64,000 bases of DNA from Antedon mediterranea (Eukaryota; Animalia; Echinodermata), in contig NC_092674.1 in NCBI RefSeq assembly GCF_964355755.1, positions 21,204,001-21,268,000 on the forward strand, written 5' to 3'. Below are positions 1 through 14,689 of this stretch, one piece after another. The position numbers were made by a program, and so were the translations under genes. Below the pieces are notes generated by a model. That model was not told the origin of the DNA and did no database searches. It was given only the letters and a program-made list of their open reading frames with translations. Within the stretch, counting starts at the first letter, position 1. Every line of letters starts with the position of its first letter.

Positions 1-1444
1 ATACTAGGGGCACGAACGATTCCTACAAACGACACCGTCAACAACCGCCTGTAGGCCTAGGCCTACCTATTGTTTAGATCGCTGGCAGTCAGCAAGCATA
101 AATATAAGTATACGTCTAAAATGGAACGCCGTGTTTACCTACAGATCATTATCATAGAGGATATGTAAATAAAAATATAGTACTAACTGTGGTAACTGTG
201 TACTGTAGTATATATAATAGAAACCGATTTTTTTTCTAGGCCACCCACCCAAATGTATCAATATCAATTATATTTATATACTTAATTTATTTTTTCGGGG
301 CTTCCCCTAGATGTAAGTTCTCTTTGAACTCAAAACTAAATACTGAGTGAATAAAAACGGCAACAAAATGTTATATCGTCCTGTAATTGAAAAACGTACG
401 TGTGTTTATTGGAGGGAAAAAGTATGATGATTTATCATGAATTTTATGTCCGAGAGTACCATTTCCAGCCATCTGGGACGTCATTTAAAGATATATTAAT
501 AAGAAAATAATTGTTAAAACATTTTTTGTTGAATATTCCATAATAAATAATGTAACATAATAGTTATCCATTTTGACCAAAAATTGAATAAAAAAAAAAT
601 GTATTTACCTGAAAAAACGTGATTTAAAACAAAAAATTGTCAAATTGGCTGCCAGCCAATGGAATTTTGGTTGAATTTAATCATTTATTTTGTCATTTTA
701 TAAGTGCAAACAATCAACAACTGGACCATGCATGGTATTGTCGTTCATTGATTGTTTTGTGATGTAATTAATGGTAATTAGTAACCATAAGGTTCGTTTG
801 CAAACAAATTGCAAAGAAGCTGATTTCAACGGATTTGTGTAGGTATGGGTATACAGATATACCAACAAAATGTAAGGAAGGATGGGGGTGGGGAAATTTG
901 GGGGACCCATTGACCTCATTTTATAATGCTAAAAGTTGTATCTTCGCAACAAAATATGGTATATGGTTGAGCTTGGTGTCAAAATGTACACAATTATGCC
1001 AGGAATTAAACAAAATTGGACCCTTATGACCATATCTTGACCTTCAAAAATCAGGTCAAAGGTCAATATACTAATTTTTTTTTTGGTTTAACACATACTT
1101 ATAATGTACTATCAACTAAAATGTTACATTATAAAGTGCATGTCAACTGATTTGTGTAGGGGTATGGATATACAGATATACCAAAAACAAGTGAAGAGAA
1201 ATAGGGGATGGGAATATTCTTTTTTTTTTCGTGTTAAGGTCATTGACCTTCTTTAAAAATACTAAAAATTGTATCTTCGCAACAATGTATGATAAAGGTT
1301 GATCTTGGTGTAAAAATGCACAGAGCTATACTAGAAATAACAACAAATAAAATTGGTCCACTATGACTATATCTTCACCGTTGAAAATTAGGTCATAGAT
1401 TAATATACCCATTTTTGTGTTATCCACATAAATTAGGATAGTCA

Positions 1445-2130
1445 ATCAGTGCCCACAGAAAACCCGGATGCAGAAGCACATGACAATCTTGCCTTAATAC
1501 AGCTACAGCATTTCAGTCCTTGACACTGCCTATCGCCTTCTTTGCAGTTGCAGCATATTCCTTTTAAAAGAGCATCTGGTGCGATACTCCATGTATCATT
1601 TTCAACCTTAGATTTCCGTTACTACTATCTAGATCCCATCTTCTTTCCAACAGACTCAAGAACGTATGGGTTCAGATGTTTCCGAAGTACAACTTGTAGA
1701 TGAACCCGAAAAAAGTGCTGTGTAGCTGCATTTTCTGTTGTTGGTGGTAGACGGTCAAGTCAAGTCAAGTCAATTTCACCCTTTGCTGCTTGGTTTTGAA
1801 ACTTTTCATAACGAGCCTTTTCAAGAAGGGTCTTTTTGCTTCCATATGTAACCTGCATTGCTATTAACCCTGCTGTTTGAATGGTGTCGACTGCATATTT
1901 GTAAATGTAGTGTAGACAGTATTGGGAAACTTGCATTTATAGATTGCACATTTGGTGTGGCCATAAATGCAAGAAACCGTGTCGTTTACTGACCAACCAT
2001 ACTTAAACAGAAACTCTTTCTTGTCACCTATAACTATTTAAGATATATCATAGAGGCCATCAGCTTCTCCGTAATCTTCTGCTTGATACACACATATATT
2101 GTGATGCATAAGCTCAGTAGTTATCATCTT
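1445..2130 (-). pseudogene. Decayed Academ-like transposase C-terminal remnant, copy 1
   Basis: Minus strand gives fragments LLEKARYEKF, RLPPT(T)ENAATQHFFRVHLQV and a Cys-rich tail (PDALLKGICCNCK..CSC), with frameshifts. The LPPT..H..R..Q plus Cys cluster resembles Academ proteins (recalled, not searched). Confidence 0.5.
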
Positions 2131-2284
2131 GATTAGTCAAGATTTTTTTTTTTATTTGCTAGAAAGACCTCACTGTCGCAAGAAATGATCAATTCTGGTG
2201 TTATTGGTAGTGTCTGCGAAACCTGTTTAGCTCTGCCATTATTTTGGTTAATATATGATATGGTTACTAAATAGATTATTAAAA

Positions 2285-3607
2285 CAAGATGGTACGCTCA
2301 CTTCGCTCGCGTACCATAGGTCGTGCCCACAGATGGTTCTCGAATACACAGTAATTTCAGGGTAACAAAACTGGCGATTTCAAATGTACGTTCCGCACGA
2401 CTATAATACTATAATTGTCGTATACAGAAACGAATAAATAGACACGATGATTTATGTAGTCAACTAAAATTAGCACCCTGGGAATTACTTCCGAAGGAGG
2501 AACTTATCACAAAATGAGTCAACATTTTTGATTTGGACTCATTTAAAGAAACCCAATTTGTGTTTTGTATGTAACATTAGGGTTGAGGGATGGGAAAGCG
2601 GATAGGTAGAAAGAGGAACAATTTTTAAATATATTCTTTATCCACTCAGTAACGAAAGATTTTTTTCATGTTTTATACGCCTATAAATAATATACCTCTA
2701 AATACAGTAAAACATTTGCGATTTAATACTTTGTTAAAACTGTCACTGTCATAATCGATTGAAATATTAAAGTACATGTCACGATACACCACTACGACGT
2801 TTATATTGTTGGTAATTATTAATTAATACAAACGTTGAGAAGGAACTGTCAGTATAAAGTTTATGTGTATATAATAATGTGTTTATATATCTAACAGTAT
2901 AGCCTATCCACAATCTCAGTAATAACGTTTATTTGTATATATTTATATATTACATCCAACAGTACGAACATTCACAGTAAGAAATGTTCGATTCAAATGA
3001 GGACCAAAAATAGTTAATAGGTATTTACAGTATTGCTCAAGTTTATTCTCAAAGGGCCCATATATTTACCTACCGTATGTGTTAAACCAAGGGCTCATAA
3101 ATCTACCTACTTGTGTTAAACCAAACTCTGGCAGACCGAGAGATTGGGATGTTCCATTCATCGCAAATCAATACATTTGTATAATCGTATATTAAATCTA
3201 TCAAAATAGTATTTTTTTAAGAAAATCGGCCTGTCTTCAACATTATGATGCTGTACTCTAGCTGTTCAACCAATTTTCAGCTATTAAAAACAATTATCGT
3301 AGGAGGAGATATGAAAATGCGAAGCCTCCTCGCATTTTTGTGGCGGGTATTTTTCAAGATGGACATCCATTAGACAGTGTATACCACGATCGGAAAACAC
3401 CCCTATTTGGGGCAAATCGTTGAACCTAAATTCATTTTAATCGTCAATAACTAATTATCTAACTTAATTTAATTAGTAAACAGGGTTACATCAGGTGGTT
3501 AAAATCAGTACCGAAAGTACGAACCAACTTTATATACCATCGAGTAAAAATTCTAGATGTAAGGCGCGATTTACCGAATTTTGCCCTTACGTAAATGTAT
3601 ATATAGA
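2285..3607 (-). mobile_element. Non-autonomous Helitron
   Basis: Minus strand starts TCTATATATA and ends with a GC hairpin followed by CTTG. Inserted between A and T with no TSD. Absent from copy 2 (ATTAAAA|TTTGTAGTAC, ~52991). Same family as 22588-26315. Confidence 0.8.
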
Positions 3608-4489
3608 TGTGTAGTACTACCAATCAAACCAGCTATACCTCTTAACATTACTACTTTTTAACAGCAGAGAGTTCGTCTTAACAGTAATTATTGTGTGAAA
3701 CCATATGTGTTCTCATTGAGTGGGGAGTGGTCTATCATACGGTTTGCCTATTAATCTATTGCGTACCCTATTTTTTCACATGCCCACAATTCTATTTTGT
3801 TATAATGTGCTATGCCTATAAAACACAAACGAAACTGAAGGTACGCAAACAGGAATACTGCTATATGTAGCTTAAGTCAGAAAAGCTTTATAAAATAACA
3901 TTTCATTTCATTTCAAGCGAAATTAAGACGATAAAGCCGCCAAGCCTTTGTACTATCAGATGACTTACCAACCTTCTTGTACAGAAATCAAATCAGCAGC
4001 AAGCTTACTCATGAAAATGATGCCATAACAATCATTCGAGTTTATAAAAGTACCCCCAGTTCAGACTTGCCCCAAGTCTGTATATATTTCGAGGCTTTTC
4101 GGTGATTGTCTGAACCTGAAATCGGGCCTGAAATACATACTTGTAAGGACGCGTATAAAAATCGATTTGCAGACCGCAAACATCAGATAAGAATGACATA
4201 GATTAACATATACCATATTTGGCTAAATGAGGCGAGCCGCGAGTATTGATTTCGAATCAACCAATGATTAAACGGATGGTTTCAAAAAGAGTACTTTCGA
4301 TCAAGTCGAGTAAGACTTTTAAACTGAAACAAGAATTGTCGAAGTATATATTGTGAAAGGTATTATAAAAGTGGTTGTGTTGTTTGATACAATAACAAGT
4401 CAAGACCCACCCGCCTACGGTTGTACTCCTATGAACGAACCGGCAACTAAAACGTCAATCTAGACACTATTTATACATGCCACCGCCGG

Positions 4490-4555
4490 TGTAAGATTTA
4501 AATGTGTCCGGTGTTTGAAAGTGTCCACTGGACAATTTTCAGCATTGAATAGTGT
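4490..4555 (+). repeat. Left terminal inverted repeat of Ginger element
   Basis: TGTAAGATTTAAATGTGTCC...GAAAGTGTCCACTGGACAATTTTCAGCATTGAATAGTGT. Imperfect reverse complement of 37395-37461, with repeated GTGTCC/GGACA motifs. Confidence 0.9.
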
Positions 4556-4684
4556 AATACTAGCTGTTGAAAATGGCTGCAACCACCCGGGCAGCTTTCA
4601 TCGATAAAAAAGTAGGACCATCGACATCGACATCATATTAAACCTGTAAAAACTAGGGCACTGGACGTTCACCAACTCCCGTTA

Positions 4685-7600
4685 TAGACCGGGCGCCCGG
4701 AAGATTTATTCATGTGAAAAGATAAAAAAGGTTTGATGATGTAGTTAGGTGCGTATTAGGGCGAGATGCAATATTCGACATTGCTGCCGGGTCACAGCCT
4801 GTACATGGGGCCTGTGGGGATCATAACATAGGGGTGTAAAAATGCATTTATTCATGTGAAGCGATACAAGGATAAACTTTGTTGGATATCATTCGCAGTG
4901 GGCTACTAATGATTACATCACCAATGACAGCAACTTTATCCTGTACATAAGCTCAGACAGCAGCCCTAAAGGTCCGCAGTTTTCCCCCTATTCGGCTATA
5001 TACTCGGTGCGTATGTCGTCTTATGGCGTTCAGCTGAGTTAGAAATACGTGAAACGGACTCGGACTGACAATAAATACACAGTAGAATGCTAAAACAATA
5101 AATAAAGAGAGCAGTTGTTTCCTGTACCAAATCATCAAACATCACACTCTTAGGAACTTGCCCAAAATGGGTTTATCCATGAAGTATGAATCATTTTTGA
5201 AAAAAAAATTTTTTTTTTTCACTTTATCCGGTACACAGCAGCTCAAATGCCCGAGGCTCCATTCGATCAACAATGTCGATAATACAAACACATTCACGAT
5301 AACGAGTGACTTTTATTTTATAATTGAAATATATCTTTATTTTGGAATAATAAATAACACCAACAAAAACACTTAAAATAACCAACAGCAGATTTGTATT
5401 TTAGGGTAAAATTTTGAACAATCAATATTATATCAAAATCATTATTTCGATCAAAATAATATAATTTAAGAATATTTTTCAGATAAACTAAATAATTACA
5501 CTCATAATGATCGACACCGGTACCGATTTATTGTGCATTATTATTATAACTCGATTTAAATATTGTTTTAATTACACACTAGACACTAGTGATATGTCTA
5601 TGAAAAAGGGCAACGAAATCTAAATTTGCAACATTTTTTAACATAACATAATATAATAGTAAAGTAAATAATAGTTCGAATTCTACATAATCACTTAGAG
5701 AATTGGTAAGGTATAGATTAGACTATCGATTGCACACTATTACTGTATTTTTAACTCAATTAAATAAAAAAAAAGTAACCGTTTTCATGTGAATTAGACT
5801 GATAAAAACCAACAAAAAACTTAATCTGCCAACATTTTAAACATCGTTACTTGTCCATAATGGATCAACTACTGTATCGATTACTGCACATTGTTTTACT
5901 TTAACTGAACCAAAGAAAAATTTGTAATTGTTACTGTACTAACATTAGACAGTGATATCTGATAAAAGGCAATATTAATAATACTGACCAAATTAAATAT
6001 CGTTACTTATCCACAATGGATCGACTACTGTATTGATTATTGCACATTATTTTACTATAACTGCCCAAGTAAAATTTAAAATTGTTACTGTACTAACATT
6101 AGACAGTGATATCTGATAAAATGCAACATACTCTGGACCAAATTAAATATCGTTACTTATCCATAATGGATCGACTACTGTATTGATTACTGCACATTAT
6201 TTTACTATAATCAAATTTATAAATGACGCTGTCACAAATCATGTAAAAAGAAATCCAATAGCCCTTATTGGTTTTATTATATCGTGTATTCTGTTCAGCT
6301 AGTAATGGAATATGAGGAATGTACAATATTCAGTTATTTAATTCATACAGCCAGTAACCTGGATGTCTTTGCTCAATGCTTTTACAGTGTGTCGGTAGTT
6401 ACACTGAATGTAAAATATTCGACCTGGGTTCAGTTAGAGAAAAATAATGTGCAATAATCAATACAGTAGTCGATCCACTGTGGATAAGTAACGATATTTA
6501 ATTTGATCCAGTATTATTAATGTTGCCTTTTATCAGATATCACTGTATAATGTTAGTACAGTAACAATTTTAAATTTGACTTCGGCAGTTATAGTAAAAT
6601 AATGTGCAATAATCAATACAGTAGTCGATCCATTATGGATAAGTAACGATATTTAATTTGGTCCTGAGTATGTTGCCTTTTATCAGATATCACTGTCTAA
6701 TGTTAGTACAGTAACAATTTTAAATTTGACTTCGGCAGTTATAGTAAAATAATGTGCAATAATCAATACAGTAGTCGATCCATTGTGGATAAGTAACGAT
6801 ATTTAATTTGGTCCTGAGTATGTTGCATTTTATCAGATATCACTGTCTAATGTTAGCACAGTAACAATTTTAAATTTGACATGGGCAGTTATAGTAAAAT
6901 AATGTGCAATAATCAATACAGTGGTCGATCCATTGTGGATAAGTAACGATATTTAATTTGGTTCAGTATTATTAATATTAATTAATGTTGCCTTTTATCA
7001 GATATCACTGTCTAATGTTAGTACAGTAACAATTAAAAGTTTGACTTTGGTTCAGTTAAAGTAAAACAATGTGCAGTAATCGATACAGTAGTCGATCCAT
7101 TATGGACAAGTAACGATGTTTAAAATGTTGGCAAATTAAGTTTTTTGTTGGTTTTTATCAGTCTAATTAAAATGAAAACGGTTACTTGTTTTTATTTAAA
7201 TTGAGTTAAAAATACAATAAAAGTGTGCAATCGATAGTCTAATCTATACATTACCAATTCTCTAAGTGATTATGTTGAATTCGAACTATTATTTACTTTA
7301 CTATTATGTTATGTTAAAAAATGTTGCAAATTTAGATTTCGTTGCCTTTTTTCATATAGACATATCACTAGTGTCTAGTGTGTAATTAAAACAATATTTA
7401 AATCGAGTTATAATAACAATGAACAATAAATCGGTACCGGTGTCGATCATTATGAGTGTAATTATTTAGTTTATCTGAAAAATATTCTTAAATTATATTA
7501 TTTTGATCGAAATAATGATTTTGATATAATATTGATTGTTCAAAATTTTACCCTAAAATACAAATCTGCTGTTGGTTATTTTTTTAAGTGTTTTGTTGGT

Positions 7601-8619
7601 GTTATTTATTATTCCAAAATAAAGATATATTTCAATTATAAAATAAAAGTCACTCGTTATCGTGAACATTGTCGATCACGAATGGAGCCTCGGGCATTTG
7701 AGCTGCTGTGTACCGGATAAAGTGAAAAAAAAAATTTTTTTTTCAAAAATGATTCATACTTCATGGATAAACCCATTTTGGGCGAGTTCGTAAGAGTTTG
7801 ATGTTTGATGATTTGGTACAGAAAACAACTGCTCTCTTCAATTATAAAATAAAAGTCACTCGTTATCGTGAATGTGTTTGTATTATCGACATTGTTGATC
7901 GAATGGAGCCTCGGGCATTTGAGCTGCTGTGTACCGGATAAAGTGAAGAAAAAACCATTTTTTTCAAAAATGATTCATACTTCATGGATAAACCCATTTT
8001 GGGCAAGTTCCTAAGAGTTTGATGTTTGATGATTTGGTACAGGAAACAACTGCTCTCTTTATTTATTGTTTTAGCATTCTACTGTGTATTTATTGTCAGT
8101 CCGAGTCCGTATCACGTATTTCTAACTCAGCTGAACGCCATAAGACGACATACGCGCCGAGTATATAGCCGAATAAGGGAAAACTGCGGACCTTTAGGGC
8201 TGCTGTCTGAGCTTATGTACAGGATAAAGTTGCTGTCATTGGTGTTTTTGTCATCCCCAATATGTACTTCTGCCATTAAAAAAAGATTCAACCTTGTATC
8301 GCTTCACATGAATAAACCCATTTGGGCGTGGCCCTAAAATGTTGCTGTTTGGCGCCCCGTACAGGATAAAGTTGCTGTCATTGGTGATGTAATCATTAGT
8401 AGCCCACTGCGAATGATATCCAAAAAAGTTTATCCTTGTATCGCTTCAAATGAATAAATGCATTTTAACCCCCTATGTTATGATCCCCACAGGCCCCATG
8501 TACAGGCTGTGACCCGACAGCAATGTCGAATATTGCATCTCGACCTAACACGCACCTAACTACATCATCAAACCTTTTGTATCTTTTCACATGAATAAAT
8601 CTTCCTTGCGCCCGGTCTA
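4685..8619. mobile_element. Foldback (long palindromic) non-autonomous DNA transposon, TAG..CTA termini (Academ-like)
   Basis: TAGACCGGGCGC..GCGCCCGGTCTA. Arms over 1.5 kb are near-identical in inverted orientation. ~120 bp tandem units flank a ~220 bp loop (~6215-6440). Flanks TTA/TTT form an imperfect 3 bp TSD. Confidence 0.8.
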
Positions 8620-9609
8620 TTTAGGGTAATTATAATTCCTTAGAATACCAACTTGAATCGCAAAATATCAAGTCAATTGAAATAAATATTACTATTATTA
8701 TATCTGGAGACATATAGTCTAATCAAATTAAATTGTTTGTTTTTGATTGAGTATATACAACCTGTTGTCAATTTGAAGTAAATCGACAACTTGAAGAAAT
8801 ATATAGCCTACTGTATTATTATTTCGAGGGAATGAATATCACTAAATCATATAGGCCTAGGGCCTACCTATTTCGTTCTCTCGAAATATTATTTCATTCG
8901 AATTCGAATTACTACTTCGCGAGAGAACGAAATAATTTCCCTCGAAATTATTTCGTTCTAGTCGAGTCTCGAAGTAGTAATTCGTTTTTTATATTATTCA
9001 GTTCATTGAAATCTTATTTTGTTCTCCCTAAATATATTTGTTCCCTCAAAATATTTTTCAATTCTCAAAATATTATTTTGTAATATTCATAATACTGTTA
9101 CTAATTTAATAATATTAACTGATAACATAAGTTCTGTAAACAAGTAAGTTCGTCATTGTTAAAGTCAGTTCTTTTTCATTATATTTTTTTTCACAGATGC
9201 CTGATGTTTGTTTTTATTTAATAAAACATTGAATTGGTTAGTCACAATATTTTTTTTGTTTCTAGAGACTTTACATTATTTATCTATTTATCTTAAATAC
9301 ATTTGAAAAATATTGTTGATGCATATTACCAAAAAATATTTATTTTTTATATTTTATATGGCAAAATAAAACACCTAATTGCGCATCATAAATATTCGTT
9401 CACTCAATGGTATTTCGGTTTTTTTGTTTTTTTCGAATATTATTTCGTTTCCAATACAAACAGTCCAATACCGTTATACATCAAATTCATAGAATAATGG
9501 CTTATATTGAAATCAAGCGTTTAAAACGTCTTTGCCACAATAAAATGTCTGTACATGCAGCTGAGTTTAAAAAATCGCGGTTGTATTTTTGTTTAATATG
9601 GACATATAA

Positions 9610-10614
9610 ACATAGAAACCTCCAGCTAATACCAGAAATACCAACAGCTTATGTATCAATTTTTAAAATCAACACCAGCTAATTTAGAACGGTCAGCAGA
9701 TAATGTAGTAACGAAAATTGTCTCACAGCTAATGTTGAAAATATTGTATAATTTAAAAACCTGTCTACATCATGTGAAAATGCATTTCTTTACTTACCGC
9801 TAGCTATCCATCTATCCACGTCTCGTAAGTGACCAACCAACAACCACTTCTAGTAAGTAACCACCTCTATTGAACGACCACCGTCTTTGATAATCGACCA
9901 CCGTCTCTTAACGACCACACCACTCGAGGACGAGGTATTTTATTTTAAAGGACCACCACCTCGGCTTCTCATAATCAACCTCATGATGGACTACCTCTCT
10001 TAACGACCACGCCTAAAGTGTCGACCTCTCTAAAAAAAAATGTCCACCTCTCCAAGAGACCACTTCTCATAATCGACTACCATCCGTAACGACCACCTTT
10101 CGCAAATTACCACCTCTATTGAGGTGGTCACGTCTACGAGCGGTGGTAGTTTATGAAAAGCAGTCCCTTATGAGAGGAGGTTACCCCTTCAGGAAGTTGT
10201 CCATTGTGAGAAGCGGTCCCTTAACAGAGGTAGTCCCTTTTAAATATTAAAGGTGGTCGCTAACAAGGGTGGTTGCTTACGATCAGAGTGCTACGTTTTG
10301 AAAGCCGATCACTTACGAGAGGTGGATAGACTGACGGCTAAGTAGAGAAATACATTTGCACATGATTTAGACATTTAGGTTTGTAAAATATATAATATTT
10401 TATTAGCTGGTGATATTAACTACATTAGCTGTGAGGCAATTTTCGTTACTACGTTACCTGTTGAGTTGTACATTAGCTAATGTTTATTTAATAAATAACT
10501 GTTGGTGTTTCTACATTAGCTAGTTCTAGGTTTTACTACATGGGTGGATTTGACTTTGTTTCGACAACATTTGCTGGCGTTTTCTACACTAGCGGTTTTG
10601 AACAGGGACTACTG
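9610..10614. repeat. Diverged palindromic MITE-like repeat with GACCACCTCTC / CAGCTAATGTAG submotifs
   Basis: Left half is rich in ACGACCACCTCTC and right half in GAGAGGTGGTCG. Ends GGGACTACTG|TA. A related copy spans ~17311-26400, split by the LINE and Helitrons. Boundaries approximate. Confidence 0.55.
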
Positions 10615-10925
10615 TATTAGTGTAAAGGGAATGCCACAAGTTGTATTTTTTTTTTCATTTATCTTTTTGTGTACTGAAGTGGCAGCATAATCAGTATTTA
10701 TTTTTACCAGATGTCCAGCAAGGGTAATGTCCCATAACTCAGGCCACAATTGTCAGGTCAACCTCTAAACAGCGGCTCTCGGGAGATATTAATTAGTCGT
10801 GTTAACTGTCATCTGTTATTTTTCAGGAGAAGGGGTGCGAACTTGCTCAGGGTTAGCCATATCTCAAATTAGGATTACGCTTACCATGAATATGATTTCA
10901 TTACAAGAATTATATACCACAATAT

Positions 10926-13900
10926 TAGTTCATGGGCTGAAGGGGGTTACCGTGTACCCCCCCCCCCCCCCCACAGTTAAACTTCTTTGGTATCATTTTC
11001 TTCCCACGGACATATAGAGTGAAAAAATCGATGTTAAGAAGAAAAATATAGGGATGCATTGTATGTACTTGCGTCATTTGTAATGATAATCAGTGTTTTA
11101 TCTTCAAATATTTTTTGGGGTAGGGGGTAACATCTATCCTAATAACCCAAGAATCCAACATCTAATTAGTATTATCTTAGTAACATTGTGTAGCATACAT
11201 CTTTTAAAATCTTTTAAAATTTAAATAAGATTAATCGGAAGATTATTAAGGTCAGTAGAGGTCAAAAGGTCATTGACCTTTTACAAAAATGCACATTTTT
11301 GCCAAAATATAGATAAATTTCAACATAGTATCTACAATTTTCAATATTTTTTATCTTAATTGTGTTTTACTTGTGCTTACTGACATATTGAATAAGAAAA
11401 TATATGTTAACAAGATAAAAATTGCAGTTCATTATATACAAATTGTTATTTTTTATTGTTAAAAATTTCAATAAAAATACATTGTTTGGGGTAGGGTGTA
11501 ACATTAATAGCAATAACCCAAGAATCAAACATCTAATTAGTATGATCTTGGTGTCGTTGTGTAGCATTCGTGTTTTTTTAATCATATAGAATTTTAATAA
11601 AATTAATTGAACCATGTTTAAGGTCAGTAGAGGTAAAAAAGGTCACTGACCTTTTGCAAAATTGCAAGTATTTGCTATAATGAGATACATTTCAATATAA
11701 AATCTCCAATTTTTTCAATACTTTTTATTTTAATTGTGTTTTACTTGTGTTTACTGACATTGAATAACAAAATGTGTGTTAACATGAAAAAAATTGCAGT
11801 GCATTAATACCATTGTCATGTAATGTTATTATTCTTCAAAATTGCAATAAAAAGACATTTTTTGGGGTAGGGGGTAGCATTAATCCCAATAACCCAAGGA
11901 TCAAACATCTAATTAGTATGATCTTGGTATCGATGTGTAGCATATATTTTTTTAATCATGTAGAATTTAAATGAAATTAATCGAACGATACTAAGGTCAG
12001 TAGAGGTCATAAGGTCACTGACCTTTTGCGAAAATGTAATTTTTTGGCAAAATGAGATATATTTCAAAATCAGATCTCCAATTCTCGATATTTTTTTATT
12101 TGAATTGTCTTTTACTTGTGCTTACTAAAGCCTGGTTTCAATAAAATCGCTACACGACAGAGCGTAGCGATTCTATGGAAACGCTAGAATTTATCAGGGA
12201 TCTAGTACCCGAGCGCTAAATATTCTTTGGTAGGCGTATACGATTCATCGCCGACACAATCGGCAAAGTTGAACATGTTTGAACTTTGCCGATTTGACTG
12301 CGATGAATCGGGGAGCTTTCCCGATTGCGTCGGCGACATCTGCGCGTGTAGCGATTTTAATGGAAACGCTGTAGCGATTTTAATGGAAACCAGGCTTAAC
12401 ATATTGAATAAGAAAATGTGTGTTAAGATAAAAAATTGCAGTACATTGTATAAAAATTGTCAATTTTTAATTGCAATAAAAAGACATTTTTGGGGTAGCA
12501 GGTAACATTTATAAGAAGAAGAATAACCCAAGAATCAAACATCTAATTTGTATGATCTTGGTATCGTTGTGTAGCATTTTGTTTAATTTTATTTAAATTC
12601 TGCATAATTTTTATTTGAAATTCTACACAACGATACCAAGAACATACCAAATTAGATGTTTGATACTTGGGTTATTCTTATAAATGTTACCCGCTACCCC
12701 AAAAATGTCTTTTTATTGCAATTTTTAACAATTACAAAAATGACAATTTTTATACAATGTACTGACATTTTTTATCTTAACACACGTTTTCTTATTCAAT
12801 ATGTTAGTAAGCACAAGTAAAAGACAATTCAAATAAAAAAATATCGACAATTGGAGATCTGATATTGAAATATTTATATTTTTACCTCCATTGACCTTAA
12901 TAATCGTTCGATTAATTTCGTTTAAATTCTACATGATTACAAAAACATATATGCTACACATCGATACCAAGATCGTACTAATTAGATGTTTCATTCTTGG
13001 GTTATTGGTATTAATGCTACCCCCTACCCCAAAAATGTCTTTTTATTGCAATTTTGAAGAATAATAAAATTACATGACAATGGTATTAATGCACTGCAAT
13101 TTATTTCATGTTAACACACATTTTGTTATTCAATGTCAGTAAACACAAGTAAAACACAATTAAAATGAAAAGTATTGAAAAAATTTGAGATTTGATATTG
13201 AAATGTATCTCATTAGGCCTATGGCAAATATTTGCAATTTTGCAAAAGGTCAGTGACCTTTTTGACCTCTACTGACCTTAAACATAGTTCAATTAATTTT
13301 ATTAAAATTCTATATGGTTAAAAAACACGAATGCTACACAACGACACCAAGATCATACTAATTAGATGTTTGATTCTTGGGTTATTGCTATCAATGTTAC
13401 ACCCTACCCCAAAAAATGTATTTTTATTACAAATTTTAAGAATAAAAAATGATAATTTGTGTATAAATAATGAACTGCAATTTTAATCTTGTTAACATAT
13501 ATTTTCTTATTCAATATGTCAGTAAGCACAAGTAAAACACAATTACGATAAAACATATTGAAAATTATAGATACTATGTTGAAATTTATCTATGTTTTGG
13601 CAAAAATGTTTTGTAAAAGGTCAATGACCTTTTGACCTCTACTGACCCTACTAGTAGTCCGATTAATTTCATTTAAATTTTATAAGATTTTAAAAGATGT
13701 ATGCAACACAGTGGTACCAAGATAATACTAATTAGGTGTTGGATTCTTGTGTTATTGGGATAATTGTTACCCCCTACCCCAAAAATGTCTTTTTATTGTA
13801 ATTTTGAAGAATAACAAAATTAGATGACAATGGTATTAATGCAGTGCAATTTTTTTCATGTTAACACATATTTTGTTATTCAATATGTCAGTAAACACAA

Positions 13901-14689
13901 GTAAAACACAATTAAAATAAAAAATATTGAAAATTGGAGATTTGATATTGAAATGTATCTCATTATGGCAAATATTTGCAATTTTGCAAAAGGTCAGTGA
14001 CCTTTTGACCTCTACTGACCTTAGAAATGGTTCGATTAATTTTATTCAAATTTTATATGATTAAAAAACATGAATGCTACACAACGACACCAAGATCATA
14101 CTAATTAGATGTTTGATTCTTGGGTTATTGCTATTTTTGTTATCCCCTACCCCAAAAATGTATTTTTATTGCAATTTTTAACAATAAAAAATAAAAATTT
14201 GTATATAATGAACTGCAATTTTTATCTTGTTAACATATAATTTCTTATTCAATATGTCAGTATGTTAGTAAAACACAATTAAGATAAAAAATATTGAAAA
14301 TTGTAGATACGATATTGAAATTTATCTATATTTTGGGAAAAATTTGCATTTTTGACCTCTACTGACCTTAATAATCTTCCGATTAATTTTATTTAAATTT
14401 TAAAAGATTTTAAAAGATGTATGCTACACAATGTTACTAAGATAATACTAATTAGATGTTGGATTCTTGGGTTTATTAGGATAAATGTTACCCCCTACCC
14501 CAAAAAATATTTGAAGATAAAACATTGATGATCATTACAAATGACGCAAGTACATACAATGCATCCCTATATTTTTCTTGTTAACATCGATTTTTTCACT
14601 CTATATGTCCGTAGGAAGAAAATGATACCAAAGAAGTTTAACTGTGGGGGGGGGGGGGTGCACCGTAACTCCCTCCAGCCCATGGACTA
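10926..14689. mobile_element. Foldback non-autonomous DNA transposon, TAG..CTA termini, 3 bp TSD (Academ-like)
   Basis: TAT|TAGTTCATGGGCTG...CAGCCCATGGACTA|TAT. Whole element is palindromic about ~12600, built from ~370 bp units (about 4 left, 6 right). Confidence 0.85.
12129..12396. mobile_element. PIF/Harbinger-like MITE
   Basis: TAA|AGCCTGGTTTC...GAAACCAGGCT|TAA. Empty site (single TAA) is in the opposite arm of the host foldback near 12805. Confidence 0.85.
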
